Below, one piece after another: positions 22,224 through 31,514 of a stretch of 64,000 bases of DNA. Every line of letters starts with the position of its first letter. The first letter of the stretch is position 1. The notes under the pieces were generated by a model. That model was not told the origin of the DNA, searched no databases, and saw only the letters and a program-made list of their open reading frames with translations. Location: the NCBI GenBank assembly GCA_963782525.1, contig CAWAKC010000005.1, positions 1 through 64,000 of the forward strand, in the 5' to 3' direction. A program made the position numbers and the translations under genes. Source of the stretch: Candidatus Bathyarchaeota archaeon (lineage in GTDB: Archaea; Thermoproteota; Bathyarchaeia; Bathyarchaeales; Bathycorpusculaceae).

Positions 22224-23471
22224 ATGCTAAACAACCCAATCACTAAAATAGCGTCACTCCCAAAGGAAGCGTTAGTAAGCACCTTTTTGGTGGCGAACGC
22301 TTTTGTCTGGTATCTCAGCGGATACAGCTTTCTGCAAAATGCCACAATCTCAAGATTCGGGAATACTTCTCTGTTGATTATTGCTACTGCCAATTTCGCA
22401 AGCCTTGTTTTATCCGCTTTTGCAGTTTCGTTAGTAACAAGCAAATTCAAGAGACGACCTGTCTTTCTCAAATACTGGATCCTCGCAGGCGCATTACTTT
22501 CGGTCTTATTTGCGATCATCAACTTAGCAGACTTTGTCGGCTTACTAGTTTTGGCAAGCCTAATAGGCGTTTACTTCGGCATAGGCATGCCAGTATGCAT
22601 GGGCTATTACGCTAAGTCCACAGCTCCACAAAACCGTGCCAAATTAAGCGGAATAATAATTCTGTTAATTGGCTTAGGTTATCCATTAATTTCGATAATC
22701 GGAAGGAACGAAACCATCCTTTTAGCCGCCTCTTTAGGTGTTTGGCAAATCCTTGGCTTGATTTCTGTATTATTTATTAAATCTGTCGAACCACTTGTGG
22801 AGCAAAAAGAACGCGTATCATACCGTTCAGTAATTTCAAACAAAACCTTTCTTCTTTACGCTGCTCCCTGGCTGATGTTTTCTCTAATCAACCAGTTAAC
22901 AATGGAGTTGAACACTCATTATTTTAGCAGCGGCACATTTCCAGCGGTGTTAGGGCAAAACTTCCTCCTAATCGAAAACATTTTGGCTGGTGCCTCCGCG
23001 ATAATCTGCGGGTTTTTAGCTGATAAGAAGGGTCGAAAGCGTTTGGCGCTGGTAGGTTTCGTTCTTCTAGGAGTTGGCTATGCATCTTTAGGGCTTTTCA
23101 GCGGCAACTATTTTGCAGTATGGTTCTACGTTTGCGTCGACGGCGTTGCCTGGGGTGCCTTCTCCATGCTGTTTTTAGTTACAATCTGGGGGGACATAGC
23201 GCAAGAAAAAAGTAGCGAAAAATACTATTTTCTTGGGGTACTGCCGTACTTACTCTCTAATTTGGCGGGCGTGTTAACAGGAACGTACGTTTCGGCTAAT
23301 GTTCAAGAACGTACGGTTTTCTCGTTTGCAAGCTTCTTCCTTTTCGTGGCAGTATTGCCGTTGGTTTATGCTCCAGAAACCCTGCCCAATAGAATACTGA
23401 AAAATCTTGACTTAAACAGCTATGTGAATAAGGCTTTGGAAAAAGTAAAGGAAAGTAATATAAAAACTTGA
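22224..23471 (+). CDS. MFS transporter
   Basis: About 12 TM helices, GFLADKKGRKR motif A, PETL C-terminal motif. Confidence 0.9.
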   Translation: MLNNPITKIASLPKEALVSTFLVANAFVWYLSGYSFLQNATISRFGNTSLLIIATANFASLVLSAFAVSLVTSKFKRRPVFLKYWILAGALLSVLFAIINLADFVGLLVLASLIGVYFGIGMPVCMGYYAKSTAPQNRAKLSGIIILLIGLGYPLISIIGRNETILLAASLGVWQILGLISVLFIKSVEPLVEQKERVSYRSVISNKTFLLYAAPWLMFSLINQLTMELNTHYFSSGTFPAVLGQNFLLIENILAGASAIICGFLADKKGRKRLALVGFVLLGVGYASLGLFSGNYFAVWFYVCVDGVAWGAFSMLFLVTIWGDIAQEKSSEKYYFLGVLPYLLSNLAGVLTGTYVSANVQERTVFSFASFFLFVAVLPLVYAPETLPNRILKNLDLNSYVNKALEKVKESNIKT

Positions 23472-23582
23472 GAATCTTGATTGAACTCGTCTGAGTGTTG
23501 GTTAACAATCACTACAGCTTTTATCGGTTAAACGATACTGAAATATAAGTTTTCGAATCGCTTGCTTAATGGAGGGATATTT

Positions 23583-23987
23583 GTATCAAAAATACAAACG
23601 ACTGAAGCGCATCACGAAAAACTAGTCAAGGACTCTATGAACAGATGAAGACAATCCTAGACAAATCTGAACAGCTCATATCCATCTACATTGAAATCAA
23701 CCACAAAGCATACAACCAAAAATTTTGCTTCCATGTTAGGGTTCAATTCGCCACATGAATGGGCTGAAAAACAAGGTTTTCTTGAAGTCTCTGTAACAGA
23801 GAAAAGCCGAGAAGCCCTATCGACTGCTTACTGGAATGCCATGCAGAAAATGGTTGCATCAACAATTCCGATGACTTGGATGAAAAAAGACGGTGCAACA
23901 ATAGATTCAACCATGATACTTGTTCCAATGCCTTTCAAAGGCCACATTTTCTCAGTTCACTTCGTAACGAGCACTGCAAACAAGTAA
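23583..23987 (+). pseudogene. Frameshifted PAS-domain-like protein
   Basis: Three frames join to ...HHEKLVK/GLYEQMKTILDKSEQLISIYIEINHKAYNQKF/ASMLGFNSPHEW...WMKKDG. Confidence 0.65.
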
Positions 23988-24054
23988 AATCGGGTAGTTT
24001 TTGAACAAACGATTTTTTGTTTTTTCCACTTTTTAAAAATAAATCAAGGTTAGT

Positions 24055-24321
24055 TTAGTTTTCCCAAACGGTTAAACTGGACGGCTTTAATGCATCCGTA
24101 GAAATAAAGTAGCAATCGCTGTCCAACAGCAAACTGAGTTTATGTTGACTAACAAAATCTTTTATGAAATCAAGGTTGGCGAGGTTAACTAAATTTTGTT
24201 CAATAGATAAAACGATACCGTCTTTTAGAGTATCAAGCATCTTTACATTTAAACTGCAGCTTGCCCCAATTTCCCGTTTAAACACCATAGCCTCAAATAT
24301 CTTCATTTTTCCATTCCCCAT
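24055..24321 (-). CDS. Hypothetical protein
   Basis: 88-aa ORF with protein-like composition. Confidence 0.55.
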   Translation of the reverse strand: MGNGKMKIFEAMVFKREIGASCSLNVKMLDTLKDGIVLSIEQNLVNLANLDFIKDFVSQHKLSLLLDSDCYFISTDALKPSSLTVWEN

Positions 24322-24523
24322 CCAAATTAGCTGCTCACTACGCCAAAAATATCTGGACAGGTGACTGGCAAACTTGGGATATTTAATATATGTGAATTTA
24401 GGCTCTTAAGGGTTCGCATAAATAAACCGATTTTTGCCTTAACACTTTTTAAACGCGCACTTTAATTACTTTAAACTTCATAGAATTACCATTGTTTTTG
24501 ATATTATAAGAGGAAGTGCACTC

Positions 24524-24979
24524 ATGAAAAAAATAATAGTAGCTTATTATTCTAAAACTGGAAACACAGAAAAGATTGCATGCTTAATCGTTGAAGGAGT
24601 CCAAAAAATTCCTGATGTTACAGCCGAATTGAGGCATGTTGAAACCATAGATGCCAAAGAAGCTGCTGAAGCCGACGGATTCGTTTTCGGTTCGCCTTCC
24701 TACTTTAGTATGATGGCTGGGCCAATGTTGACTTTGCTTACCGAATTTTATTTTGTGCGTGACAAATTAGCCGGGAAATCCATGGCGGTATTTGCGACTG
24801 GCGGCGGAAGTCAAACAAAAACCATAGAGAACATTGAGAGCGTTCTTAAAGCGTTTAATCCCAAATTGATCCAGCCGGGTCTAGCTGTTGGTCCTGCTAT
24901 TTCTGAGACAGACGAGCAGCAAGCAAGGACATTCGGAGAAAACTTTGCCAAAGCCGTTAAAGAGTCAAAAACAAAGTAA
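24524..24979 (+). CDS. Flavodoxin family protein
   Basis: YYSKTGNTEKIA, GSPSY, FATGG. Confidence 0.92.
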   Translation: MKKIIVAYYSKTGNTEKIACLIVEGVQKIPDVTAELRHVETIDAKEAAEADGFVFGSPSYFSMMAGPMLTLLTEFYFVRDKLAGKSMAVFATGGGSQTKTIENIESVLKAFNPKLIQPGLAVGPAISETDEQQARTFGENFAKAVKESKTK

Positions 24980-25088
24980 CTTAAAAGAAAAATAGTACCT
25001 CAAGGGTTACCAACCCCTTCTTTTATTGTTTTAGAGTGTTATGCCTAAGCGTTCTTACCATTGACACATGTCAATGTTCTTATTCGAA

Positions 25089-25430
25089 TTAGAAGACGCC
25101 AAGTACTTTAACTAACATGACCGCAACGGAAGCTATAGTTATGAGAAACATGATTTTTCCTTTAGATTTACCTAAGCCGCCCGATTCCGCTTCGCTCTGC
25201 TGGAACTCGTATTCTTTGATTTCTTTAGATTTAGAATTTATCTGAACTTTCGTCGCCAATTTCTGAAAAGTCATTTCCACAACGTAGAGTTCCCCATCTA
25301 AAGAAACCTTCATGGGCACCCAAGTGCCTTTGTAGCCTAATCGCTTTAGGAAGTCAGCTGTCAAAGACGTAGCATTTTCGGCGTCAAACCGTGAAATCTC
25401 TGGGGAAACCTCTGTTTGGACAGTCGACAT
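25089..25430 (-). CDS. Hypothetical protein with C-terminal membrane anchor
   Basis: PepSY-like pattern Y.VE....KVQIN..S.EI plus a C-terminal TM helix. Confidence 0.65.
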   Translation of the reverse strand: MSTVQTEVSPEISRFDAENATSLTADFLKRLGYKGTWVPMKVSLDGELYVVEMTFQKLATKVQINSKSKEIKEYEFQQSEAESGGLGKSKGKIMFLITIASVAVMLVKVLGVF

Positions 25431-25561
25431 GAATCTTCCCTTTGGAATATAGTGTTCCCTATTTTAGGGGTTATGAAGCCAAAAACAATATTTCTAATCA
25501 CCAAAGAATCTCAAATAGAGAAAGCTCGATTAAGTGCGAAAAATTGGGTTGGAAAATGGCT

Positions 25562-25789
25562 TTATGGATTAGGTGGCGGAGTTGGCGACGGTAGATCTGG
25601 TTGAGTTTGATTGTATAAGCTGTATGTTTGGTTTTGAATTCCGTTTTCTATGTATCTTAGTTTGGCAAGTTGAGGTATATTATCAGCATTAAGGGTTGTT
25701 TGGACGATGCCCACGGCGTAATCTATGACTACGCAGGCAAGAATAACTGTGGACGTAACCAAAAGTAACGTAGCTACGGTTGACTGCAA
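25562..25789 (-). CDS. Small pilin/archaellin N-terminal-like protein
   Basis: STVATLLLVTSTVILACVVIDYA resembles the N-terminal helix of the pilins at 40118 and 40774. Confidence 0.6.
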   Translation of the reverse strand: MQSTVATLLLVTSTVILACVVIDYAVGIVQTTLNADNIPQLAKLRYIENGIQNQTYSLYNQTQPDLPSPTPPPNP

Positions 25790-25907
25790 ATCTTCTCCTT
25801 CTCCAACAATTAATCACTAAAAAATTGTTTAATAGGTTGTTCTTGTTTGGAAATATGTCCTGAAAAGAACTAACCTTTTCTTGTGAAATACCAAAAACGT
25901 TTAGTAG

Positions 25908-26447
25908 TTATTTTTTCTCTGCAGTTGGCGCTGATGGAGCCGCAGCGGCTTGGGCAGGAGATGCCGCAGAAGTTGAGTCCGTTTTCTCTAGTGCTGGCTG
26001 ACTTGTTGATGCGTTAGATAGTATCTGTATCTTCTCCGCCATTGGATGAAGCAGGTCAGGTGGTGGATAAGGGGTGTTCAGGTTTGACGATAGTATGTAG
26101 ATTGAGTTGAAAACGTGTTGGTAGATAGTGAATAGAATTTGGGGAATTTTGGTTTTAGGATTAACTTCAAGTTTTTTCTTGATGTCATCGGGTTTACCCG
26201 ACATGGTTACGATGCCCGACGTTGAATATTTCACGACGTTCGGTTTAGTAGAAATTAATAGGTTAAAAGAAAGCATTACCTGGTTGTTCTCTTTTTTCTG
26301 CTCCTCAATCTTAGCGTTGATATCAAAGAACAATTCTTCTGTTGCAGAGTAAATACCTGTTCGTTCAGCCTGTAAACTAGTCAGATTGATGGAAACGGTG
26401 ACTCCTGCTACAGAATACTGCGGATTTACGGCTGATTCCTCTTTACT
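25908..26447 (-). CDS. Hypothetical protein (start ambiguous or frameshifted)
   Basis: Frame stays open 38 codons upstream of the track start; ATG at 26451 is out of frame by one base. Confidence 0.65.
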   Translation of the reverse strand, partial: SKEESAVNPQYSVAGVTVSINLTSLQAERTGIYSATEELFFDINAKIEEQKKENNQVMLSFNLLISTKPNVVKYSTSGIVTMSGKPDDIKKKLEVNPKTKIPQILFTIYQHVFNSIYILSSNLNTPYPPPDLLHPMAEKIQILSNASTSQPALEKTDSTSAASPAQAAAAPSAPTAEKK

Positions 26448-26525
26448 TCATTTCTGCTATTTTCATATTTAACTTTTGTATTCTACTAATCCATATAACA
26501 GTCATAAAAACCGATTGTTTTCGGT

Positions 26526-27125
26526 TTACAGGTTATCTGAGCTGTTGTAGTAGGCTGGCACGGAAAGCTCAGCCATAAATTTAAATGCTTCATCTCCTTT
26601 AGCGTTGGCTTTTTGCTTTAGAACAATTTTTTTGGGAACATCCTCTTCAATGTACACTATGTAGTTGATTGTTGTTCCAAGTCCCAACCGGGCCAGCTGT
26701 TGCACGGTGCCCTTGAATTTTTCGAATTCCTGGATTTTTGTGTTGATTTTCTCGATGGCCAAAAACAAGATTTCGGTTTGACCCTGCTCTGTAAAAGAGA
26801 TTGCGATGTCTCCTGATTGAATCCAGCATGATTCCTCTTTTTTGCCTTTTCCACCTTTGCCGCCTTTCTTCGACTTATCAGTTTCAACTGGTTTTTTGGC
26901 AGTTGCTTTAAGGGTTTTTTGTAGGGCAGCTGATTTTTGGAACCACTCGTCGTTTTTGTGGGTGCTCTCAGCGTCTCTTAGGACTGTGCCTAACCATTGG
27001 CTGTAATCTTCGAAGGTTGCTTTGTACTGGCTTGTTTGGACTGCTAAGTATTCGGTTAGGTCTTTAAGAGACGTGAAAGTATGTATTTCTGTGCCCAAGG
27101 TGTTCACTTCATCAGCCATTAACAA
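26526..27125 (-). CDS. Hypothetical protein
   Basis: 199-aa ORF with K/G-rich linker KSKKGGKGGKGKK. Confidence 0.75.
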   Translation of the reverse strand: MLMADEVNTLGTEIHTFTSLKDLTEYLAVQTSQYKATFEDYSQWLGTVLRDAESTHKNDEWFQKSAALQKTLKATAKKPVETDKSKKGGKGGKGKKEESCWIQSGDIAISFTEQGQTEILFLAIEKINTKIQEFEKFKGTVQQLARLGLGTTINYIVYIEEDVPKKIVLKQKANAKGDEAFKFMAELSVPAYYNSSDNL

Positions 27126-27228
27126 TTAATCTTGTTATGGATAACAATGGCTGGTTTTTGGGATAATAGGGTTTGTCTATCGCAGAAATTACATACTGTT
27201 TTGTGTTCAGTTTGTCGTTATGTTTTGG

Positions 27229-28293
27229 TTATTGGCTTTTTGATTTCTCGTATGCATTAGCGATGGCTTCACTGGTTAAGACACCAACTATCTTCGTTGG
27301 GTTTTCTTTATCAACGACTGGAATGAGGTCAATTTTTTCTGTAGACATTATTTTGTTTGCTTCAAGAATCGATTCATCTTCGAAAACTGATATGTTCTTG
27401 AGGGGCATCTGTTCAACCCTGAGTCCGCTGCGTTCTTCAGATTTAATCTTCATGAGCTCTGACCACGTAATTATGCCTTGAAACACGCCTTCTTTTTCAA
27501 CCAAAACGTCGTGGTATCGGTTTTTGAACATCATTTCCAACGCTTCGGAGAGGTTTTGCCGGGGATTGACGGAGCCGATTTCGGATTGCATTACATCCTT
27601 TACGCGCACGCCAGCCAATGTGGTGGAGACTATGGTTTGTTCTGCTTCTTCACTGGCGCCAATGTATACAAAAATTCCAACCAAAATAAGAAGAAAATTA
27701 AACAGGAAGCCTATGAGAACCATGGCTATACCGAATATTTTTCCCAAGTAAACAGCGTACCTTGTTGCATCAGAATATTTTAGGCGTTCAGCCAACAGTG
27801 CCCTGAAGACTCTGCCGCCGTCCATGGGGAAGGCTGGGATTAGATTGAATGCTCCTAAAAGTATGTTTAGGGTGGCAAGGTCTGTCACAAAGTTGCCTGT
27901 GATAGTTGTGAAAGTGTAGATGGTGAATGTTTGTTGCAGGACAACCAAGCTGACTCCGAGAAGTGCAACTCCCAAAACTACGCTTGTGAGAGGACCAGCA
28001 ATCGCCATTCGCCATTCCTGTGAGGGGTTGTCTGGGATTTCTTCTATTTCGGAGACTCCACCGATGGGGTATAGAATGATTTTTCGAACTTTAAATCCAT
28101 AATGGTGTGCGACAACTGAGTGGGCGAGTTCATGGAAAACTACAAAGACGAACAGGAATAGAACGATGAAAAATGTGTAAAACTGCTGCGTTGGTATAGA
28201 TAGGACCAGAACTGCAGTGATTAAAAGTATGAATGTTATGTGCAGTTCGATGGGGATGCCCCAGACTGAGGCTATCTTAAAAGAATATCTCAT
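27229..28293 (-). CDS. Site-2 protease (M50) with tandem CBS domains
   Basis: HELAH, AGP, FNLIPAFPMDGGR, CBS pair. Confidence 0.95.
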   Translation of the reverse strand: MRYSFKIASVWGIPIELHITFILLITAVLVLSIPTQQFYTFFIVLFLFVFVVFHELAHSVVAHHYGFKVRKIILYPIGGVSEIEEIPDNPSQEWRMAIAGPLTSVVLGVALLGVSLVVLQQTFTIYTFTTITGNFVTDLATLNILLGAFNLIPAFPMDGGRVFRALLAERLKYSDATRYAVYLGKIFGIAMVLIGFLFNFLLILVGIFVYIGASEEAEQTIVSTTLAGVRVKDVMQSEIGSVNPRQNLSEALEMMFKNRYHDVLVEKEGVFQGIITWSELMKIKSEERSGLRVEQMPLKNISVFEDESILEANKIMSTEKIDLIPVVDKENPTKIVGVLTSEAIANAYEKSKSQ

Positions 28294-28459
28294 ATATTAA
28301 AGTTGGAAAGGTCGGCTTTTTAAAGTTTCGACCATTTGATATTTTGTTTTCTGCAAGTCCTCGAGTTACAAAGAAATGTGTGGTTGTTTCCAAAAATTAT
28401 AATAGACCAGTCATGACCTGAAGGCTGGATAGCAATGGCTTGCTTAATGGTAAGTAGAT

Positions 28460-28953
28460 ATGAATAAAAAAGTTTTAGCATTAATCGTCGTTGTTCTCGT
28501 CGTCTTCGCTTCAGTTGCAGCCTTTATGGTTGCGTCTTCAATAGCTCCAGCCCGGCAACCCACTGAACCTTTGGATTTTACTGTTAGCGGCACAAGTGAT
28601 TGCCTAAGGTTTCTCAACAGTTCGGTCCCAGCGGTTTATGTGCCCTTTACCATTGCAGCTAACCAGCATTGGCAGTTAACCATAAACTGCACCGAAATCT
28701 CAGGCGGCCCCCAAGGCTATACCGACGTCTACATCTACAACGACTATTGGAACATAGGAGCCAACTACACCTGCACCTTAGCCGAACTATACCCAATCTT
28801 AAACAACATCCAAAGCACAGGCCAAGAAATACGCCAAAGCACCCATTCATAGAAACTTTCGGCGGCACAACGCAACACAGCTACACCATATTCTTCGTGC
28901 TTCCACCTGGCGGACAACAATCAACATTCCATGTTACACTAAAGCAAGTGTAA
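28460..28953 (+). pseudogene. Secreted/membrane-anchored protein split by a single frameshift near 28843
   Basis: 28460-28852 continues in another frame as PFIETFGG...FHVTLKQV. Confidence 0.6.
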
Positions 28954-29131
28954 CGATGTGCATACAATAAACCAATTGTTCATACAAGTTGTTTTAACAG
29001 TCTAAATTTATTAGTGGTTTGGTTAAAATCAGATTAGACTTGACAAAAGATTGAATGTCGATTTTTCAAAATATTGCTTTACACTAATGTTATATAATTG
29101 CTTAAAGATAAGTTATTTGTGGTTTGTCGGC

Positions 29132-29491
29132 TTGTCTGAATTTGTTTGGAATAAACCCGTTTTGAGTTTATACAGAGAGAATAATGAGCAGCCTGAAAGG
29201 GAAGCCTTCGTTGTCATTAAAGCTAAAAAATTGGTTGTTTCCACAAATGAAAATGGGGGATTTGTTGGGAAGATTGAAGATTTCTTCTGTTTAATGGGTG
29301 ACATAGACGAAGTTCAGTCTGAGCGTAAATATGTTGTATGCTGGTTTGACGATTCAGTCGCAGATTTCTATTCGGGGTTCAGACGCCTTTCTGGAGTAAC
29401 TTTTCCTGCAAAGCTAAGTTACACCATTGATAAACGAGATAAGCGAACCTACAACACGGATTTGCAAGCTAAACACGCTAAGCTAAAATAG
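29132..29491 (+). CDS. Hypothetical protein
   Basis: Globular-looking ORF; TTG start (LSEFVW) preferred over 29051. Confidence 0.65.
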   Translation: MSEFVWNKPVLSLYRENNEQPEREAFVVIKAKKLVVSTNENGGFVGKIEDFFCLMGDIDEVQSERKYVVCWFDDSVADFYSGFRRLSGVTFPAKLSYTIDKRDKRTYNTDLQAKHAKLK

Positions 29492-29633
29492 CCTCTTGGG
29501 TTTTTAGCCCAAAATCCTCCTTTTAAAAGATAATTTTTATGTTCTGAGTTCATGCTTTAACCTTGAATTTTATGGGTTTTTTAAACTCACTCTTAAATAT
29601 AACTCCATAAACTACAATTGTAAGGTCATAGTC

Positions 29634-30035
29634 ATGGTTGAGCAAAAGTTAAACGTAACTTTGCTTACAGGTCGCACGATTGAGCAAGGTGTCGGCAAAG
29701 AGAAGGGTAAAGCATCCAAAGAATATTTTGATGCTTGTTCAATGTGTTACATGGATGCAGACGACATGAAGAAACTTGGCGTTAAAAATAACACTAACAT
29801 TTTAGTATCCACTCCCGACGGCTCCGTCGTTTTGAAAGCCGTCAAATATCCGCGTTCTGCAACTCCTGGTTTAATCTACATTCCTTATGGGCCCTGGGCG
29901 AACGCAATTTGCAGCAATAGAACAACCAGTATCGGTATGCCATCGTTTAAAGGCACTCCAGCTGAAGTTGAACCGGCACCTAACCTGCCCGTTTTAACCA
30001 TAGAAGAGCTCTTAAAAGAAGAATTTGGGAGATAA
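29634..30035 (+). CDS. fwdD: Formylmethanofuran dehydrogenase subunit D
   Basis: LLTGRTIEQG, IPYGPWAN, GMPSFKG. Confidence 0.95.
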   Translation: MVEQKLNVTLLTGRTIEQGVGKEKGKASKEYFDACSMCYMDADDMKKLGVKNNTNILVSTPDGSVVLKAVKYPRSATPGLIYIPYGPWANAICSNRTTSIGMPSFKGTPAEVEPAPNLPVLTIEELLKEEFGR

Positions 30036-30039
30036 GAAA

Positions 30040-31512
30040 ATGACCGTAATTAATTCTGTAACTTGTCCAATCTGCGGTTGCCTATGCGATGACATCGAAG
30101 TCACAGTTGAAAACAACGAAGTCGTCAAAATCAAAAACGGATGTGCCATATGCGAATCTAAATTCATTGGTTACCGCAGCGAACACAGAATCAAAACGCC
30201 CCTGATGAGAAAAGACGGCAAACTCGTACCCGTCTCTATGGGCGAAGCAGTTCATGCAGCTGCGGAAGTTTTGGCAAACGCAACTTACCCAATACTCTAC
30301 GGTTGGAGCTCCACAAGCTCAGAAGCTCAACGTGTCGGAGTAGAATTAACTGAGGAAGTCGGCGGCATCATGGATAACACAGCCGTCGTATGCCACGGCC
30401 CCTCTATCTTAGGTGTCCAAGAAGTCGGTATACCCACCTGCACTCTCGGCCAGATACGCCACAGAGCAGACCTAATTATCTACTGGGGCTGTGATCCATG
30501 GAGTGCGCACCCAAGGCACCTTGAAAGATACACCAGCTTCACCGAAGGACGCTTCGAGAAAAGCGAGTGGAAAGCATACATCCAAAAACTCAAATCTCAA
30601 GCGGGACAGAAAAAGATGCAGAGCGCCATGAGGATTGAAGCAGCAAACCCAAAGATGAGACCCCAAACATGCGCTGTCCCAGGCATGCCTCAAACGATGA
30701 GTGGAGATGGACGAAAACTAATCGTCATCGACGTACGAAAAACCATGTCGGCGGAAATGGCAGATTATTTTATCCAAGTTCAACCCAACAAGGACTACGA
30801 GTTAATGCAGGCGCTACGCGTCTTAGTCACGGATGGAGAACTCGATGTTGACACAGTGGCGGGTGTTCCAGTTGAATACCTCAAACAAGTCGCCGATGCC
30901 CTTGTAAACTGCGAGTTTGGTGTTATCTTCTTCGGTATGGGCTTAACTCAAACCGCAGGCAAATTCCGCAACATCGAAGTCGCAATCCAACTGGTTCGCG
31001 ACTTAAACACAAAAACAAAATTCACAATCATGCCTATGAGAGGCCACTTCAACGTCACAGGTGCAGACGTGGTTTCCGCTTGGCAAAGCGGTTACCCTTA
31101 CGGCGTTGACTTCTCCTTGGGTTATCCACGATACAACCCAGGCGAAACCACCTGCACGGATGTGCTTTTGCGTGAAGAAAACGACGCTTCACTGGTTATA
31201 GCAGCGGATCCAGGTTCAAACTTCCCCAAAAAAGCTGTCCAAAACATGGTTAAACACCCATTAATCGTCATCGACCCACACATGAACGCAACTTCAATGC
31301 TCGGCGACATAGTGTTCCCATGCGCGTTCGTTGGCATAGAAGTCGAGGGAACAGCCTACCGCATGGACCATGTACCCTTGCCATTAAAGAAAGTGGTTGA
31401 GCCCCCAAAAGGTGTATTCTCAGACGAGGAAATTCTGACAAGAATTCTAAAGGAAGTTAAGGAAATTAAGGCTAAAAAAACCACAAAAACCGCAAAGAAA
31501 GTGAAGGTTTAA
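30040..31512 (+). CDS. fwdB: Formylmethanofuran dehydrogenase subunit B
   Basis: CPICGCLCDD, VCHGPS, HPRH, PMRGHFNV, YRMD. Confidence 0.95.
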   Translation: MTVINSVTCPICGCLCDDIEVTVENNEVVKIKNGCAICESKFIGYRSEHRIKTPLMRKDGKLVPVSMGEAVHAAAEVLANATYPILYGWSSTSSEAQRVGVELTEEVGGIMDNTAVVCHGPSILGVQEVGIPTCTLGQIRHRADLIIYWGCDPWSAHPRHLERYTSFTEGRFEKSEWKAYIQKLKSQAGQKKMQSAMRIEAANPKMRPQTCAVPGMPQTMSGDGRKLIVIDVRKTMSAEMADYFIQVQPNKDYELMQALRVLVTDGELDVDTVAGVPVEYLKQVADALVNCEFGVIFFGMGLTQTAGKFRNIEVAIQLVRDLNTKTKFTIMPMRGHFNVTGADVVSAWQSGYPYGVDFSLGYPRYNPGETTCTDVLLREENDASLVIAADPGSNFPKKAVQNMVKHPLIVIDPHMNATSMLGDIVFPCAFVGIEVEGTAYRMDHVPLPLKKVVEPPKGVFSDEEILTRILKEVKEIKAKKTTKTAKKVKV

Positions 31513-31514
31513 AA

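Noticed and set aside
30390-30400. Selenocysteine in FwdB
   Set aside because: The ligand codon is TGC (Cys); no in-frame TGA.
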